Origin: the human T2T-CHM13v2.0 reference genome, Homo sapiens
Strand: one strand, 5' to 3'
DNA: 64,000 nt
Assembly (NCBI RefSeq): GCF_009914755.1
Contig: NC_060932.1
The notes under the pieces were generated by a model that made no database searches, was not told the DNA's origin, and was given only the letters and a program-made list of their open reading frames with translations. A program made the translations under genes and the position numbers. Positions 44,092 to 58,580 of the stretch are shown piece after piece. Each line of letters starts with the position of its first letter. Position 1 is the stretch's first letter.

Positions 44092-44393
44092 TTTTTTTCT
44101 TTTTTTTTTTTCTTCTTGAGACTGAGTCTTACTCTGTTGCCCAGACTAGAGTGCAGTAGCACCACCACAGCTCACTGCAGTCTTGACTTCCAGAGCTCAA
44201 GGGATCCTCCTGCCTCAGCTTCTCATGCACCACAGGTACACACCACTACACCCAACTACTTTTTGTATTTTTTGTAGAGACGGGGTCTCCCTGTGTTGCC
44301 CAAGCTGGTTGTGAACTCTTGGGCTCAAGCAATCCGCCTGCCTTGGCCTCCCAAAATGTTGGGGTTTCAGTCATGAGCCACTGCACTTGACCT
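44092..44393 (-). mobile_element. AluJ
   Basis: TSD TCAGTAATTTCT. Confidence 0.92.
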
Positions 44394-44745
44394 GGTCAGT
44401 AATTTCTGAGTTAGAAAATGCTCTAGTCCATGAGAACTATGACTTTCCAGCCTAGGGGTATTTCTTCCCTACTTCCTCACCTCCTTTTGCATTGTGTCTC
44501 GGATCCTGTGGCCTATACCATATTATCTATGTGCTGACATTTAGAAAAAGTAAAAATCACAGTGTCAAAATCTAGGTTTGAAAGAATCTCTTAGGATCAC
44601 CTAGTTTCACCTCCCTAGCATAGTTTCACCACGCTCTCTCTAGCGCATGCTCTGAGACTAGCTGAATATTCCATATTCTTTATCCTGGCTTGTTAAAGGA
44701 AGTATCTTCAAGTACTGAAATTGTAAGTTTTGAGGAAATAGAGAT

Positions 44746-45902
44746 TGATGTAGGATTTTTCTTGGCCCCTTTGCTGGACTCACAGCAGGAGTGCCCCATC
44801 TACTTGGCCTGCCGTGCTCAGCCCATTGTGGGAGGGAGCACGTGGGTGAGTAAGTGCAAGACCTAGCTGGCTGCCCCTGACACAGAAGCAAGCTCTGTGT
44901 GGGCCCCTGGCCAGACCAGGTGTGTCGCCTCAAGGGGAATGTGGCAGCACCCAGATGAGGGTGCCTGTGACCCTGAAGCCCCAGAGGGGGTGTTACAATG
45001 CTCTCTTAGTTCCACCATGAGACAGTGGACTGTGGCGTGTTAGCAGCTCAGTTGGCCACTTGCCTCGTCATGGGGGGTGGCTGCCCTCCGTTGGCAAAGG
45101 CAAAGAGCCAGTGTGACAGCCTTTCAGGGTGCCCACAGTTGGTGGGTCCTGAGCTCTTGTCTGGTGTCCAAGAAGAATGAGGTCACACTGAAGATTGAAG
45201 GATGGTGAGGGCAGATAATTTTATTGTGAGATGAAAACAACTCTCAGTGGAGAGGGGAGCTGGAGAGGGAATGGGAAGGGCAGGTCATCTTCTCCAAAGT
45301 CAGGTTGTCTCTTCTCCTAAGTCAGGTCATCTCCTCCGCTACTGACTGAGTCTGGGGTCCAGAGAGGGGAGCTGGAGAGGGAATGGGAAGAGCAGGTTAT
45401 CTTCTCCAAAGTCAGGTTGTCTGTTCTCCTAAGTCAGGTCGTCTCCTCCTCTACTGACTAGGTCTGGGGTCCAGAGAGGGGAGCTGGAGAGGGAATGAGA
45501 AGAGCAGGTCATCTTTCCCAAAGTCAGGTTGTCTCTTGTCCTAAGTCAGGTCATCTCCTCCTCTACTGACTGAGTCTGGAGTCTTTATAGGCACAGGGTG
45601 GGGAGTGTGTGCTGATTGGTTTGTGAGTATGCAAGAAAGGTTAAAGTGAAGACACCACTCAAAGGTGGGCACGGCAGTGTAGAAAACCAATTAGGAAAGG
45701 GTAGGTGTGTGTAAAATAGGTGAAGGGTGAGGATCAATCAGAGGAAAGCACGCCAAACGGGAAGACAAGTTCTCAATCCTGTCTGAGGATTTAACTTGCA
45801 GCTTGGGTTTCAGGCTTTAAACTGTCTTCAACCTGGAGGTGGGGTTTCACCAGGTACCCACTCCTAACTGCCTAGGCATTTGGCTGCCCCCTGTTGCTAT
45901 CA
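44746..45902 (-). mobile_element. ERV1 solo LTR, MER50-like
   Basis: Minus-strand start TGATAGCAACAGGGGGCAGCCAAATGCCTAGGCAG; CCAAT and TATAAA boxes; perfect 4-bp TSD AGAT. Confidence 0.8.
45249..45583. repeat. 3 x 112-bp tandem repeat inside the LTR
   Basis: Units start near 45249, 45361 and 45473 with AGAGGGGAGCTGGAGAGGGAATG. Confidence 0.93.
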
Positions 45903-47235
45903 AGATAAGCAACAGTAACACTTAAGATAAGCATCCCTTCCCTGTCTGAAGGTAGTTGTCTGAACCAGAGCTTCCTCTTCCAGGTGAGAGCTGTGTGGTT
46001 TTGGATAGAGATGCTACTGACGCAGACATCCTGTCATTTGGGAAGGATGGCCCAGAGTCATAGGGGAGAAGCAGGGAGTCACCTTGAGGCTGTTTGGCCA
46101 GAGAGACAGGCCCACATACGAAAGCCCAGAAGTTGAATGGCCATGGGCTGACACAGGGAAATGAATGAGCCTGCTTCATATCATCCACGTCCTCACTCCC
46201 TCCTTTGTCTGCTCCCCTTAGCCTGTGACAAAGCAGAGCCAATCGGGTCACTGGTGTGGGTTTCAGTGACTGAGTAAAGCAGGCTCCTCCACCACACTTG
46301 GCCACAGTGTCTTGGAGTGGTTCCCATCTGCGAAGAGGAAGGCCTGGGAGAGACACTGACCTGTTGTCCAGAGTCTGATAAGAGGACAGGATTGAGGTCA
46401 TATTTCAGACAACTCAAGGGAGTTAGGATGGGGACTAGGGTTGTTACAAACGATGAGGAGAATTTTGGAGCCCCCAGCAGATATTTACCAGCTGTATCTT
46501 CAAAGAAGAATTAATCTTGGTCTTTGCTGTTTTTTCTCTGTCTGGCTTTGCAAACCTAAAAAGAGACATCATGTATCTTCTTCAGAATATATTCTTGGAA
46601 TGGTAGATGAGGAGAATTAGGAAATAATAGCCCAAGTTAAATCAGATGTATAATTATAAAATCACAGCTCTAGGGTCTAAGGGTCCTTGAAGATTCTCTA
46701 GTTAACGCACACTGGTTCATGCATTTCAACTGTAACGTTACAGATAGCCCTCTCTTTTGGAGCACCTAAACAGCAGGGAATTCAGAATGTCCTAAAGTAG
46801 CCCAGGCCGGTATTGGACAGTTCTAATTCTTAGAGATTGCTGTAAGAAATCTGATTACCTGTAGATTTCACCTATTGATGTTTGCTTTGTCTCATAGAAT
46901 AGTGCCAATCCATCCTCACATGCCAGACCTAAAATGTGTGGATAACTATTATAATCTTTTCAAAGTTAAAATGTAAACTTTTCAACTTTTGTTTTATTTA
47001 ATTGGCTTCAAGCCTCTTAACTATGCTAGCCACCCTTCTCCAAGGAAATTTCAATTTGTTAATGGACTCATTATTTCTGATAGGGGAGCTTAAGATCACA
47101 CTGGATTTTGCACAAGCTACTACTGTTCCACTGCTTTTTTATTACTGGTATTCAAACCCAACAAACTTTGTCATATACCACAGGGTCCTTAGTCTCAAGG
47201 CCTTAAGGCACAAAGCACCGTTGGCTGAGACCTTT

Positions 47236-47413
47236 ATTTTTATTATTATTTTATTGTGTTGTACTTTTTAAAGAGATGGGATCTTGCTCTATGGCACAGG
47301 CTGGAGTGCAGTGGTGCACTCATGGCTCACTGCAGTCTCCAGCTCCTCAGCTCAAGCAATCCTTTCAGCCTCTGAGTAGCTGGGATCACAGGCATAAGCC
47401 ACCATGCCCAGCT
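47236..47413 (-). mobile_element. Alu monomer (FRAM-like)
   Basis: TSD GCTGA(G/A)ACCTTT. Confidence 0.85.
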
Positions 47414-47599
47414 GCTGAAACCTTTAGTTGACCACAGAGATCAAGCTGAGTGCCAGGCCAGTTCTTGAAATTTGCATATTGATGGAGCTGAAGAGGGCTT
47501 CTGTCCTCAGTGACCATCTTGGGTTTGTCGTGGGAATCTGCAATATCCTCTGTCCAACAGGCTCAGCTTGATCTCTGATGTCACCTAAAGGTTTCAGTC

Positions 47600-47883
47600 A
47601 CCAGGCACAATGGCTCATACCTGTAGTCCCAGCACTTTGGGAAGCCAAAGCGGGAGGATTGCTTGAGCCCAGGAGTGCAAAACCAGCCTGGGCAACTTAG
47701 TGCGACACTGTCTCTACAAAAAAAATTTTTTTAAAATTAGCCAGGTGTGGTTGTGCACACCTGTAGTCTGAGGAGGCTGAAGTGTGAGAATCCCTTCAGC
47801 CCAAGAGTTGGAGGCTACATGAGCTATTATCACACCACTGCACTCACAACAGAGTGAGACCCCATCACCAAACAAAACCAAAA
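47600..47883 (+). mobile_element. AluJ
   Basis: Diverged dimer. Confidence 0.9.
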
Positions 47884-48249
47884 GAATTGGCCTTGTGGCT
47901 TCCTCACTGAGAAGGGGAGCGAAGTGCTGCAGGCTGTAACTATGGGTTGAGACTTGGAAGCTTCTTCATGGGGAGCAGGGTGCCAAGACAAGGGATGGAG
48001 GAGTCATTCTGGGGGCGAGTCCTAACAAGAGCCCAGGGATGAGATAAGAGGCATTGTGCATGTTATGCTGACCACAAAACAAGACCGGCCAAGAAGAGAC
48101 TGGAAGGCACATTGTTTCTGGTGGCCTGATCACAGAAAATGGTGGAAATCTGGTTTTTAATCACTCAGGAGAGTTTTTTCTGGCTTCACCCTATCTGGTC
48201 TTTCAAGGAGCTGAAGGGGTATTTGTCATTGTGAACTAGGGCAGATCCT

Positions 48250-49420
<1,171 letters not shown>

Positions 49421-51430
49421 CAGTCTCTTCCCCAAGCATAAGACTTCCTTAGTCTTCTTGCACTTGATATACCTTTAAACTCCCATCTGCTTCTTGGTTA
49501 TCAGTGGTACTTATCTAGGCTAAAACCCAGAAAAGTGCTAATACAGTTTTTATAGATGACTGACATGGAGTTCTTTTTTGTTTTTTAAATAATTGTTTTA
49601 ATTTATTCCAGAACCACCTAGTCATGGTGAAACCTAACTTTATTAAGCTCCTGATTTTGGAGACCTACAATATCCTGCCTTCTGTATAGAAGAAGTATAG
49701 CCTTTCTACCGCTGCCTCCATCGTTTGCTTAAACTAATGTGAGTGAGTCTCCTTTATAATAATCAAATGGGCCTAACCAGAACCACCAGCAACCTTCATG
49801 CTTTGTTGCTTTGGGCTTCTGAGACTGTCCCTTTTAAGGTAGTCTTCGTGTTTGGTTTAGGCACTCTTTGTAGAGGATCCTTCATTCTCCCAAAAAAACT
49901 GCTGTTTGAAAACCAACATGGGCCAGTATTTCCCAGATCCCTTTGGTAACCACTGTCATGATCGTGCCCAACAAAATGCTGGCACTTGTGGGTGCTCCAA
50001 ATGCTTGCTTGAATGAAGCAATGATTGAAGAGAAGTCTCTAGCCCCTGAAAATGCTCTCAAAAAGCCAAAGGAAAGCTCCATGGGGTTAGCAGAAAAAAG
50101 AAAGGGAGAGAGAAAGAGAAATTCTACACAATCATGAATTTCTTTCCCCTTCGTCTTTCTTTCTCTGCTTCCGTGTCAGAGAGAGACTTAGAGGTGTGCT
50201 GGAACACAAGTCACAGAAGAAGGAAGTAGAGAAGGAAGGGGAAAGGTAAGAAAAAAAGGAAACGGACATTGTCATATAAGAGGGGGAGTCATGGCATTTC
50301 AAACCTAGAAGGGACTCAAGCATCCATTTAGCCTAACTTCTTCATGTCACTGATGAAATATGAGCATTTGGTTTGGCATTTAATACAAATCTGCTGAAAA
50401 AAAAAAGTGAAGAAATTGAGGTCGAAAGACGTAGGTTAAACAATTTGTCTAAAGTTACAAAGCTAGTGAGTGTCAGAGTGAGGGCTAGAAGCCAGCCCAC
50501 CTATCCAGTAATCTCCCACCACTTGGCTCTCAGGGTGGCCGAGGAGGGGACAGAAGAGAGGGGTCAGGATGAGAGGGGAATGGCGGGGTGGGCGGATGGC
50601 AGACTAAGTGGGAGGAGAAAAACTAAATTTGCACGTCGGCTGTTGGCCTCCCTTGTGACTTGCTTTTCTCCAAGCAGAAGAAAGTTTACAGCCACCTCAC
50701 CTACTCAATCTGAACTTCACGGTTTCCCCATCCCGCCAGAGTGCTCTAGTTGGCTGGAGGCCTGGTCGAGACTGCCCTGTGACACAACTAGCTAGCTGCA
50801 CAACCAGGGCAAAATACTGCTGGATTAACCCATGCTAATGGGTTACCTTTATTTAGTAATCATGGGTCCCTCATAAGCATGGTCCAGATCCGAACTGTTT
50901 TTGGAAAGATCTTGGACTTTCTAGAATTTCACCTACCCTGGAGTATGAAAACACACTGAAACAGAACTGGATAAGGATTTTAAACAGAACTTGCAAGTGA
51001 GATCATCATGTCCCCACCACCACTACCCTGCTGCCTCCTGACCCAAGATGATGAAGAACTGCAGCAGATTTTTAAAAAATGTTCCACATTCCCTTTGCTT
51101 CTCATCTCTAGAAAACTCTCCAGATCAAGAACTTTGGCCTTGGAGTATGGAGTTGGAGGTCATGCAGACCTGATTTCAAACGCAAGCTGTCACATGGTTG
51201 CGTTACAGTGGGGAGGGGACTTACCATCTTGAAGACAATTTAGATAGTAATAGCAACATGGAAAGACTGTGAAGACACTTATGATTTTGTGGGACCACAG
51301 TGCCTGGGAAACATCACGTGATTCATACATGTTGATTACATGTGTTGCTTGAATGAGGCCCTGTGGGCTTGAATCCTAACACCCTCACTCTCCAGCAGTG
51401 TGAACTTGGAGCAAGTTACTTGATTTTCTT

Positions 51431-51744
51431 TTATTTTTAATTAATTATTATTATTTTTTAGAGATGGAGTCTCACTCTGTTGCCCCGGCTGGAGGGCAGT
51501 GACGTGATCATAGCTCTCTACAACCTCAAACTCCTGGGCTCAAGCAATCCTCCCGCCTCAGCCTCCTGAGCAGCTAGGACTAAAAGCCTGCACCCCCATG
51601 CCCAGCTAATTTTTAAAGCTAATTTTATAGAGATGGTGTCTCACTATGTTCTCCAGGCTGATCTCCAACTGCTGGCCTCAAGTGATCCTCCTGCCTTGGC
51701 CCTTCAAAGCTTTAGGATTACAGGCATGGCCACTGTGCCTGGCC
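51431..51744 (-). mobile_element. AluJ inserted in a MIR
   Basis: TSD TTACTTGATTT; MIR halves at about 51365-51425 and 51745-51900. Confidence 0.92.
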
Positions 51745-53304
51745 TTACTTGATTTCTTTATATGTTGGTTTTCTTACCTGTAATAAGGATATCTAATTGC
51801 AGATATCTTATGGAGATACTAATAGTGACTGCCTCATAGATGTGAGGATAAATGGAAATAATGCACATGCAATGCTTAGCACAGAAGCTAACAGATGATC
51901 AACCTTAGCTCTCGTGATTATTTCCTCATGTCATGTGATTTCTTGATGAACGCCTTGGTGTCTTGGGGGGCACCAAACAAGCTGGTTTAAAGTCCGTGTT
52001 CAAAACATCTGCCAAGGGCAGCCTGGCACCACGCTTGGGATAAATGTCTTCACTCCAACACAGCCTCATCTGGGCTAAGGGAGTCAAGCATCAGGTTTTA
52101 TGGGTCTGACGAAGATGTTTGAAATATTGTAGGAGACTGTCAAGGAATACTTATACCCACTCTGAAAAAGGGCCGTTCTTAATTTTCATCTTTCCTGTAA
52201 GTCAGAAAGATATATACTCTCCAAATAATGGCAGTTTCCTTGTCCTGAAGTTATGGCAGCTTGGTGATACAATAAACAGCACCCTGTCATAAGGACCACA
52301 TAAAACATGGTCTGACATTTCTTTAAAAGTAAAAAGAAACACAACCGCAGCAGATGACCTTTCCTCCGAGGGCACAGCTGTTTTGTGTGGTTAGAGGGAC
52401 CCGCAGTCTCATATTTGGGGGCTACGATATACGACTGGCTTTTCACAAAGTGTTTCCATGAGAAACTACAGTACGTTCCAAAGGGGAGCACCAATTCACA
52501 TCAGGCAGGGAGGATTTTTTTCCCCTCTTGATGTTTTCCAAATGATATTTGTGCTGAATATTTGCTATTAGAAACTTCTTTGGTGCATGAAGTGTGAGTG
52601 GTATCGAGAATACCAAGGTGTCTTTTGCTTCCTGGTGGAGTTTGATGGTGGGCTTTCTACCGGGTTGGTGAGCCAGCACCTTCGTGGACTTATGAGGAGT
52701 CACTCAAGCAGTGGTGCTTCTGTGGGTCAGGACTGGAAGTTTCTGGGGGAAAATTTAAACTAGTCCCTTTGTTAGAGATGGTAGGCGATTTCCATTTCAT
52801 CTAAAAATGTTTATTCCTTTTGTTGAATATTATTTGTGCAATGTGCTAAAATGAACATTTAATAAATCTAAAAAATGTCTAGTTGTACATATGTTAGTGA
52901 GACTGGATGTTTTCTTCTTTTCCTTGTTCTCCAAATTATCTTTAACATGTTTTTATTTACATCCTAATAAAAATGAAATTAAAAAGGAGTGTTACATCTC
53001 CATTTAATTTTCTGATTGAGTTATCCTGGACATCAGTGGTAACTGAAAACATTCCTATTAAAGCACTAGATCCCCTCCCCTCAAAACCTCTATCCTCTAA
53101 ATTAGAATAATAAGCCCTTTGAGATGGGAATTTGGCAGCCTCTCCACAGGATGGAGAGGAGCATATGTCAATTACTGATGGCCGTGGTGCCGAGATAAAA
53201 ATGTGGTCTTGTTGCTCATATCCAAAATCCTGCTACTGACCTGACAACAGCAGAACACTGAGTGCATGTCCCAGTATGGTGGGAGATTTGTTCTGATTTA
53301 TCTC

Positions 53305-53490
53305 TGGTCTCTCACCTTGTCCCCTGTGTGACCAAAGCTGGGCATATGCAAAATGACTGGCCTGGTTGAGAAGTACAAGGTGAGGCCCCCGAAACAGTTG
53401 ACTTATTGGTAATTAGACCACACTGGTATTGAACCCATGACCTCAGCCTCATTAGAGCTGCATTCAGGCCAACTGAGTTGACCAGAAACA
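53305..53490 (-). mobile_element. tRNA-derived ancient SINE, MamSINE1-like
   Basis: Minus strand GGTCAACTCAGTTGG...CTAATGAGGCTGAGGTCATGGGTTCAATACC (tRNA-Ile-like A/B boxes), then a TTGGTCACACAGGGGAC body. Confidence 0.7.
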
Positions 53491-54019
53491 GATTCAAAAC
53501 AGTGAGTGATAGAGGTCTTTGGTGCAGGGTCAAAGGCCTATTTACACTACCCAAGAGCATAAGTGGGTTCCTACTCTACCGTGTTAAAGGAGCGGCAGCA
53601 GACAAGATGGCCCAGTGGGTAGGTCATGATTCCCTGCTTTATACAATTGTACAGCATTGCTGTTCTGGCCAACTCCCACCTTCCTTTAACTAGGTCTTCA
53701 TGTAACTCACAGGTTAAAAAGGAGAGAGACAAGTGTTTCAACAGGACTCTTCCCGTCCCCGCCCCTGCCAAGTTGCTAATGGCTTATAGTAACAAAAACA
53801 CTAGGACTAAAGTCCATTTCTTTAGGAAGGAGTTCCTTTGAAATGACACTCTTTAAATTAAAAATATCCAAGTCTAAAATGGTGTCCATGGTGAATTATT
53901 ATTTTCATCCTTTGCTTTTCAAGGAGATCTAAACACAGCTGACCAGTGATCACTTTGTGTAGAAAAGGAATCGGTTTCCCAGTGGGAGAGCAAAATACAT
54001 GGAAAAGGCAAGACATGGG

Positions 54020-55230
54020 ACTGATGAGATCTGTGTGCTACATCAAGGAAACAGACTAGAAATAAACTCAATATATGACAGAATGTTATGTGTGATAACA
54101 GTGGCACTTCCAGTGGGAGGAGAATAGATTGCTTAATAATGGCCGGCCATTTAATTAAGAGAGTTTATAAAATCTCTCCTTCAGACCACATCCAAAGTGA
54201 AGATTTAGATGTGAAAATAAAACTTTACAATTCTAAAATATAACTGAGTAATTTTTTAGTAATCTTGGAAGGCTTTTCTGTGCTTAAAAGTACAGAAATC
54301 ATAAAAAAAAGAGATAATTTCATTCTGTAAAAATGTATTATGAAAACTTATGTATATATAAAATACTAAATATTAAAAGGCATACTAGGTGACCATATTT
54401 TTGGTGCCTATGGAAGAGTTAACCTAAAGATATTTATAATGCAGATGGAAGATTTAATAAGAAAGCATTTAGAAATCAACAAGAAAAAGATGAACAACTT
54501 AATAGAAAACAGATGAAAGAAATGGACATCCTTCACATCAGAAAAAATGTAAATGGCCAGTAAATCCATGAACAATATATTTAACTTCCTTGGTAAAGTC
54601 AAGAAGTACACATTTTAATCAATTGAAAGTTAACTTTTTTCCCAAAAAAATGGCCAAGATAAAAATAAAATCACTGACAGTGTTGCAAGGAAATTACTAC
54701 TTTTTTATACCACTTGTGGCCATATAAATTGCTATAACTTTTCTAGAGGGTTATTTGACAATACAGAAGAAAAGTCTTAAAATTTTACATGGGCCATGAC
54801 CCAGAAATTCTACTTGTGGGAATAAATCTGAGAGGAATAATCATGTATTTGTGCAAAGATTTTGCTATTAGAATGTTGATCAAAGCATTTTTATAATAAC
54901 TAAAAATGGGAAACATCTTAAATCTCTTACAATAGGTTACATATATCATGGTGTATGATGTATGTTGGGACTTCATGCAATCATAACATATTGTAGAAAA
55001 AAATTAAAAAATTATATCTCATATCATGGAAAAATATTCACTAATGTCTTGTTAAAAAAGTAGCTTCAAACTGATAATATTATAAATTACATATGCATAG
55101 AAAAAAATGGTAGATAATATATATCACATATATCAAAATGCTAAAATTGTTTTCCTCTAGCTGCAGGAATTATAAATGTTTTTAAATGTTTCTTTTTATC
55201 AGATTTTTTTTTACAGTGAATACATTATTT
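54020..55230 (+). mobile_element. L1ME-type 3' region relic
   Basis: ATGACCCAGAAATTCTACTTGTGGGAAT and ATAAATTGCTATAACTTTTCTAGAGGG; AT-rich. Confidence 0.7.
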
Positions 55231-56547
55231 GGAGCACAAAAGGTAAAGCAATATATTTTGTTTCAAATACTATAGCTGTCACAGTTTAATCATGGAGATT
55301 AAGTGGGATAATGTATAAGAAAGTTCCTAATACAGGATTAGAAAGATAAGGGGGCCTTGGTACTGGAGATCTGAATTTGAATCTAAAATGTTACCAAGTA
55401 GTCCAAGAACTTTGAGCACTCTCCATTTAAGATTGACTTCCCTAGTTGGTGAATTATATGAGCCCAAAGTGACTCTCTTTCTTCTGTGTTCTTGTTAGAC
55501 TTTCTATTTCAATGGCTCATACATCTCTCCATAAGATGGCAGGCAAGAAGCAGAGGAAAAGAAATAAATTCCCATCTGTCATTTTAAGATCATTCCTATC
55601 ATATTCATTTTCCTCACTGTACCGTAAAGCACACTGTAGTGGGACTCCCTTCTTTAAGGCAAACTGAAGCAATAAGTCTTCCTTCTCCAGCATTACTGGG
55701 TTCAGTAGCAATTGTTGTATTATCTTTTATGCTACACAAAAATAGATGTTATCTGCATGCAAACTGAACATCAAAGTGAACCCAAGACTTATGACCTATG
55801 GATTGGTTATGGAAGCACAGAGGTTTTGGCTGACAAGGAGGGATGGGGCTTAGGGCTGGTGAGGTGAATGCTTAGGCGGTGGGAAGTGGAGCAAGATGGG
55901 GACAGTGCTGGAGCTGGCATGGAGGTGGTTCTCTGTTAGCACCAGAGTTCACATCTGGGTCTATGGGAAATAAAAAGAAGGGAACCCTACACATGGGAAT
56001 GTAAAATGTGCTCTATACAAAGGATCCCCTTAAGATTTGGGATATAACACATCTCTTTTTTGGCCATCCTTGTGAGAGACCTTGTCACTAAGGGGCCTGT
56101 GTGTGTATACGTGTGTGTATGCATGTGTGTACACTCACAGGGTACTGGTGGCTGAGTGGTTGCTGTAGGTGGGCGTTAGGATTTAGAGGGAGATTTTTCC
56201 TTACTCCACAGAATGTAGTGTTGGTGCAATGCTGGAAGCTGAAGGACACAATGGCAATCCTTTTTGGTGACATTAAAGGGGCAGTGAAAGAGACGATGGA
56301 ACCAAAATTATGCAGATGGACACGACACTGTGGCTGTCGGGGCTTGTTCTTGTGCATTGTAAACCCCCTCCGAGGCCCTGAGACATAACACTGGGGAACT
56401 GGTTAGGGGGCTGGATATTCCATTACAGCAAGTAGGGTAGAAACACTCAACAAAATATGGATTACTACTGTTAATGTAACTTTCCTTTAAATCCCGGCCT
56501 TAAGTGTCCTGGGAAAACGTGTGTGACATAGACAAGTGTTAGTTTCT

Positions 56548-56716
56548 GTGATTGATTGAGCTGGCTGGAGCTTGGTACTAATGAGACCAAGGCCAAGGCA
56601 CTTGGCTGTATCCCCATAGGGTCTGTTAGTGTTTCATGGCTCCAAATCTGAGGTGACACCCTTTACCCTTGCACATATTGGGGATTGGGTGAGAGAGTAT
56701 AGTGTCTGACTCCAGT
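56548..56716 (+). mobile_element. tRNA-derived ancient SINE, MamSINE1-like
   Basis: GAGCTTGGTACTAATGAGACCAAGG...ATCCCCATAGGG...GGGGATTGGGTGAGAGAGT. Confidence 0.55.
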
Positions 56717-57163
56717 CTAATGCTATTCCAACACCATGCTTTCCCCTCTAACACAATGCCACTTCTCTGAGTACATGTGTAGCCGACTTGTGTAATAGGA
56801 CAATCTAATCAATGACACTGTCTCTAGAGCCACATTGCACTTAAAAAGCAGAGGCTGCCAGAATGAAGGACAGCAAAGGTTTCTGGTCATTTCAGTGGAT
56901 CCAGGTTGTTCTACCAATTGGCAGTCACAGGCAAAGCAAATAGAGTTTGAAATAAACCATGCCCAGGTTACCCTGTTGCCTGAGAGTTTGACTACAAACC
57001 TTGGTTCTTTCTCTGCCTTTTAAGAAGTAGTTGGTAATCTTTAGCCATGTAAATGTTGAAAAGAGTCAAGTTGAATGCTTTACCCAGATGCCCTGAATCC
57101 TCCACCTTGAAGTGTCCTGTCACTTTAGGATTAATATGTGGGACCAGTCAGCTTAGACCTGGG

Positions 57164-57533
57164 TGATATGGTTTGGCTGTGATTCCCATCCAGATCTCAT
57201 CTTGAATTGTAATCCCCATAATCCCTACATGTAGAGGGAGGGTCCTGGTGAGAGGTGATTGGCTTATGGGGGCGGTTTCCCTCATGTTGTTCTAATGATA
57301 GTGAGTGAGTTCTCACAAGATCTGATGGTTTTATAAGTGTTTGACAGTTCCTTCTTAGCATCCTCCCTTGCCTGCTGCCATGTAAGATGTGCCTGCTTCT
57401 TCTTCCACCATGATTGTAAGTTTCCTGAGGCCTCCCCAGCCATGCGGAACTGTGAGTCAATTAAACCTCTTTTCTTCATAGATTACCGAGTCTTGGGCAG
57501 TTCGTTATAGCAGTGTGAGAATGGACTAATACA
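57164..57533 (+). mobile_element. THE1D/MSTA solo LTR
   Basis: TGATATGGTTTGGCTGTG...GGACTAATACA; TSD CTGGG/CTGAG. Confidence 0.9.
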
Positions 57534-57649
57534 CTGAGGCTCAGAGTAAAACCAAGCCTTGTTATCCTGGTCACATGGGCTTTCTGGGGCCTGTGTCACA
57601 GCATTGGGTCAGAAGGAAAGGAAGGGAGAGATCAAAATTCAAACCCAGC

Positions 57650-57935
57650 CTGGGGTTCTGCTTCCACTTAAGATATAGAAAGCCACAAGAGAACATTGCT
57701 TCCACCCTAACGTTGAGCAAAAGCTGGGCAATCTACAAAATCATAACTTTTTTTGAGCCCATCGGAGAGCTGAGGTCACAAGGCAACCCAAACTGAATTC
57801 CAGTGTTGGGGCAGTAAGCCCATCCGAGGAGACCTGAGACACATGAACTACTGTGCTTTCTGCAAGGCATGGGAAGAAGTGGCAACCGTGAGCAGCTGAA
57901 ATGTTAGCAGATTCTCAAAGGCCAAGTATGGGTTC
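57650..57935 (+). mobile_element. Old L1M 5'-end fragment
   Basis: AATCTACAAAATCATAACTTTTTTGAGCCCATCGGAGAGCTGAGGTCACAAGGCAAC. Confidence 0.55.
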
Positions 57936-58410
57936 ATGCTACTTGCTAGTTATTTGACCACTGACAGGGCGCTGGGCAATGAGCTGAGTAGGGACTTTTT
58001 TGAAGTGGTCAGCCTCGTTTGGATCCTTTTTATTCTAGAGTAATGGAAAGTGGGTATCTTGGTTATCTACAGCTGTGTGACAACCCCAATCTCAGCAGCT
58101 TAAAACAAACACTTATTATCTCCCAGTTTGTGAGTCAGGAATTCTGGTGCAGCTTAGGGTTAGGATGGAAGGGCCTAGAGTTGTAAGAACAATGGGAGAA
58201 GGAAGGAAATAAACACGTGTCACATGCTTTATGTTATGTCATCAAGTGCTCAATACAAACCCATGTAAAAGGTGTTAACCCCATTTTACAAATGAGAAAT
58301 CAAGGCTCAGAGAGGGTAAGTGTCTTTCTCCATATATTATATATTATATGTAGGTTATATAGGTATTGCGATGGTTGCACAACTCTGTAAATACACTAAA
58401 AATCATTGCA

Positions 58411-58489
58411 TTATACACTTAAAACAGATAAATTCTATGACACACTTAAAACAGATAAATTATACACTTAAAACAGATAAATTCTATGA
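58411..58489. repeat. Complex local triplication in an L1M 3' end
   Basis: Core ACACTTAAAACAGATAAATT occurs three times. Confidence 0.9.
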
Positions 58490-58580
58490 TATGTAAATTA
58501 TATCTCAATAAGCTATTTTTTGGACCATGCAGGTAGTATGCAGTAAAGTAGGTAATTTCAAACCTAATTATTTTTGACTC

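Noticed and set aside
45249-45583. CRISPR-like array
   Set aside because: Contiguous tandem units with no unique spacers, inside a primate LTR; no cas genes.
45922-46401. 159-aa minus-strand ORF
   Set aside because: No homology recognised, and it lies upstream of the adjacent LTR promoter rather than downstream, so the LTR would not drive it.
53410-53490. Functional tRNA-Ile gene
   Set aside because: Stems are degenerate, and the sequence continues into a SINE body.
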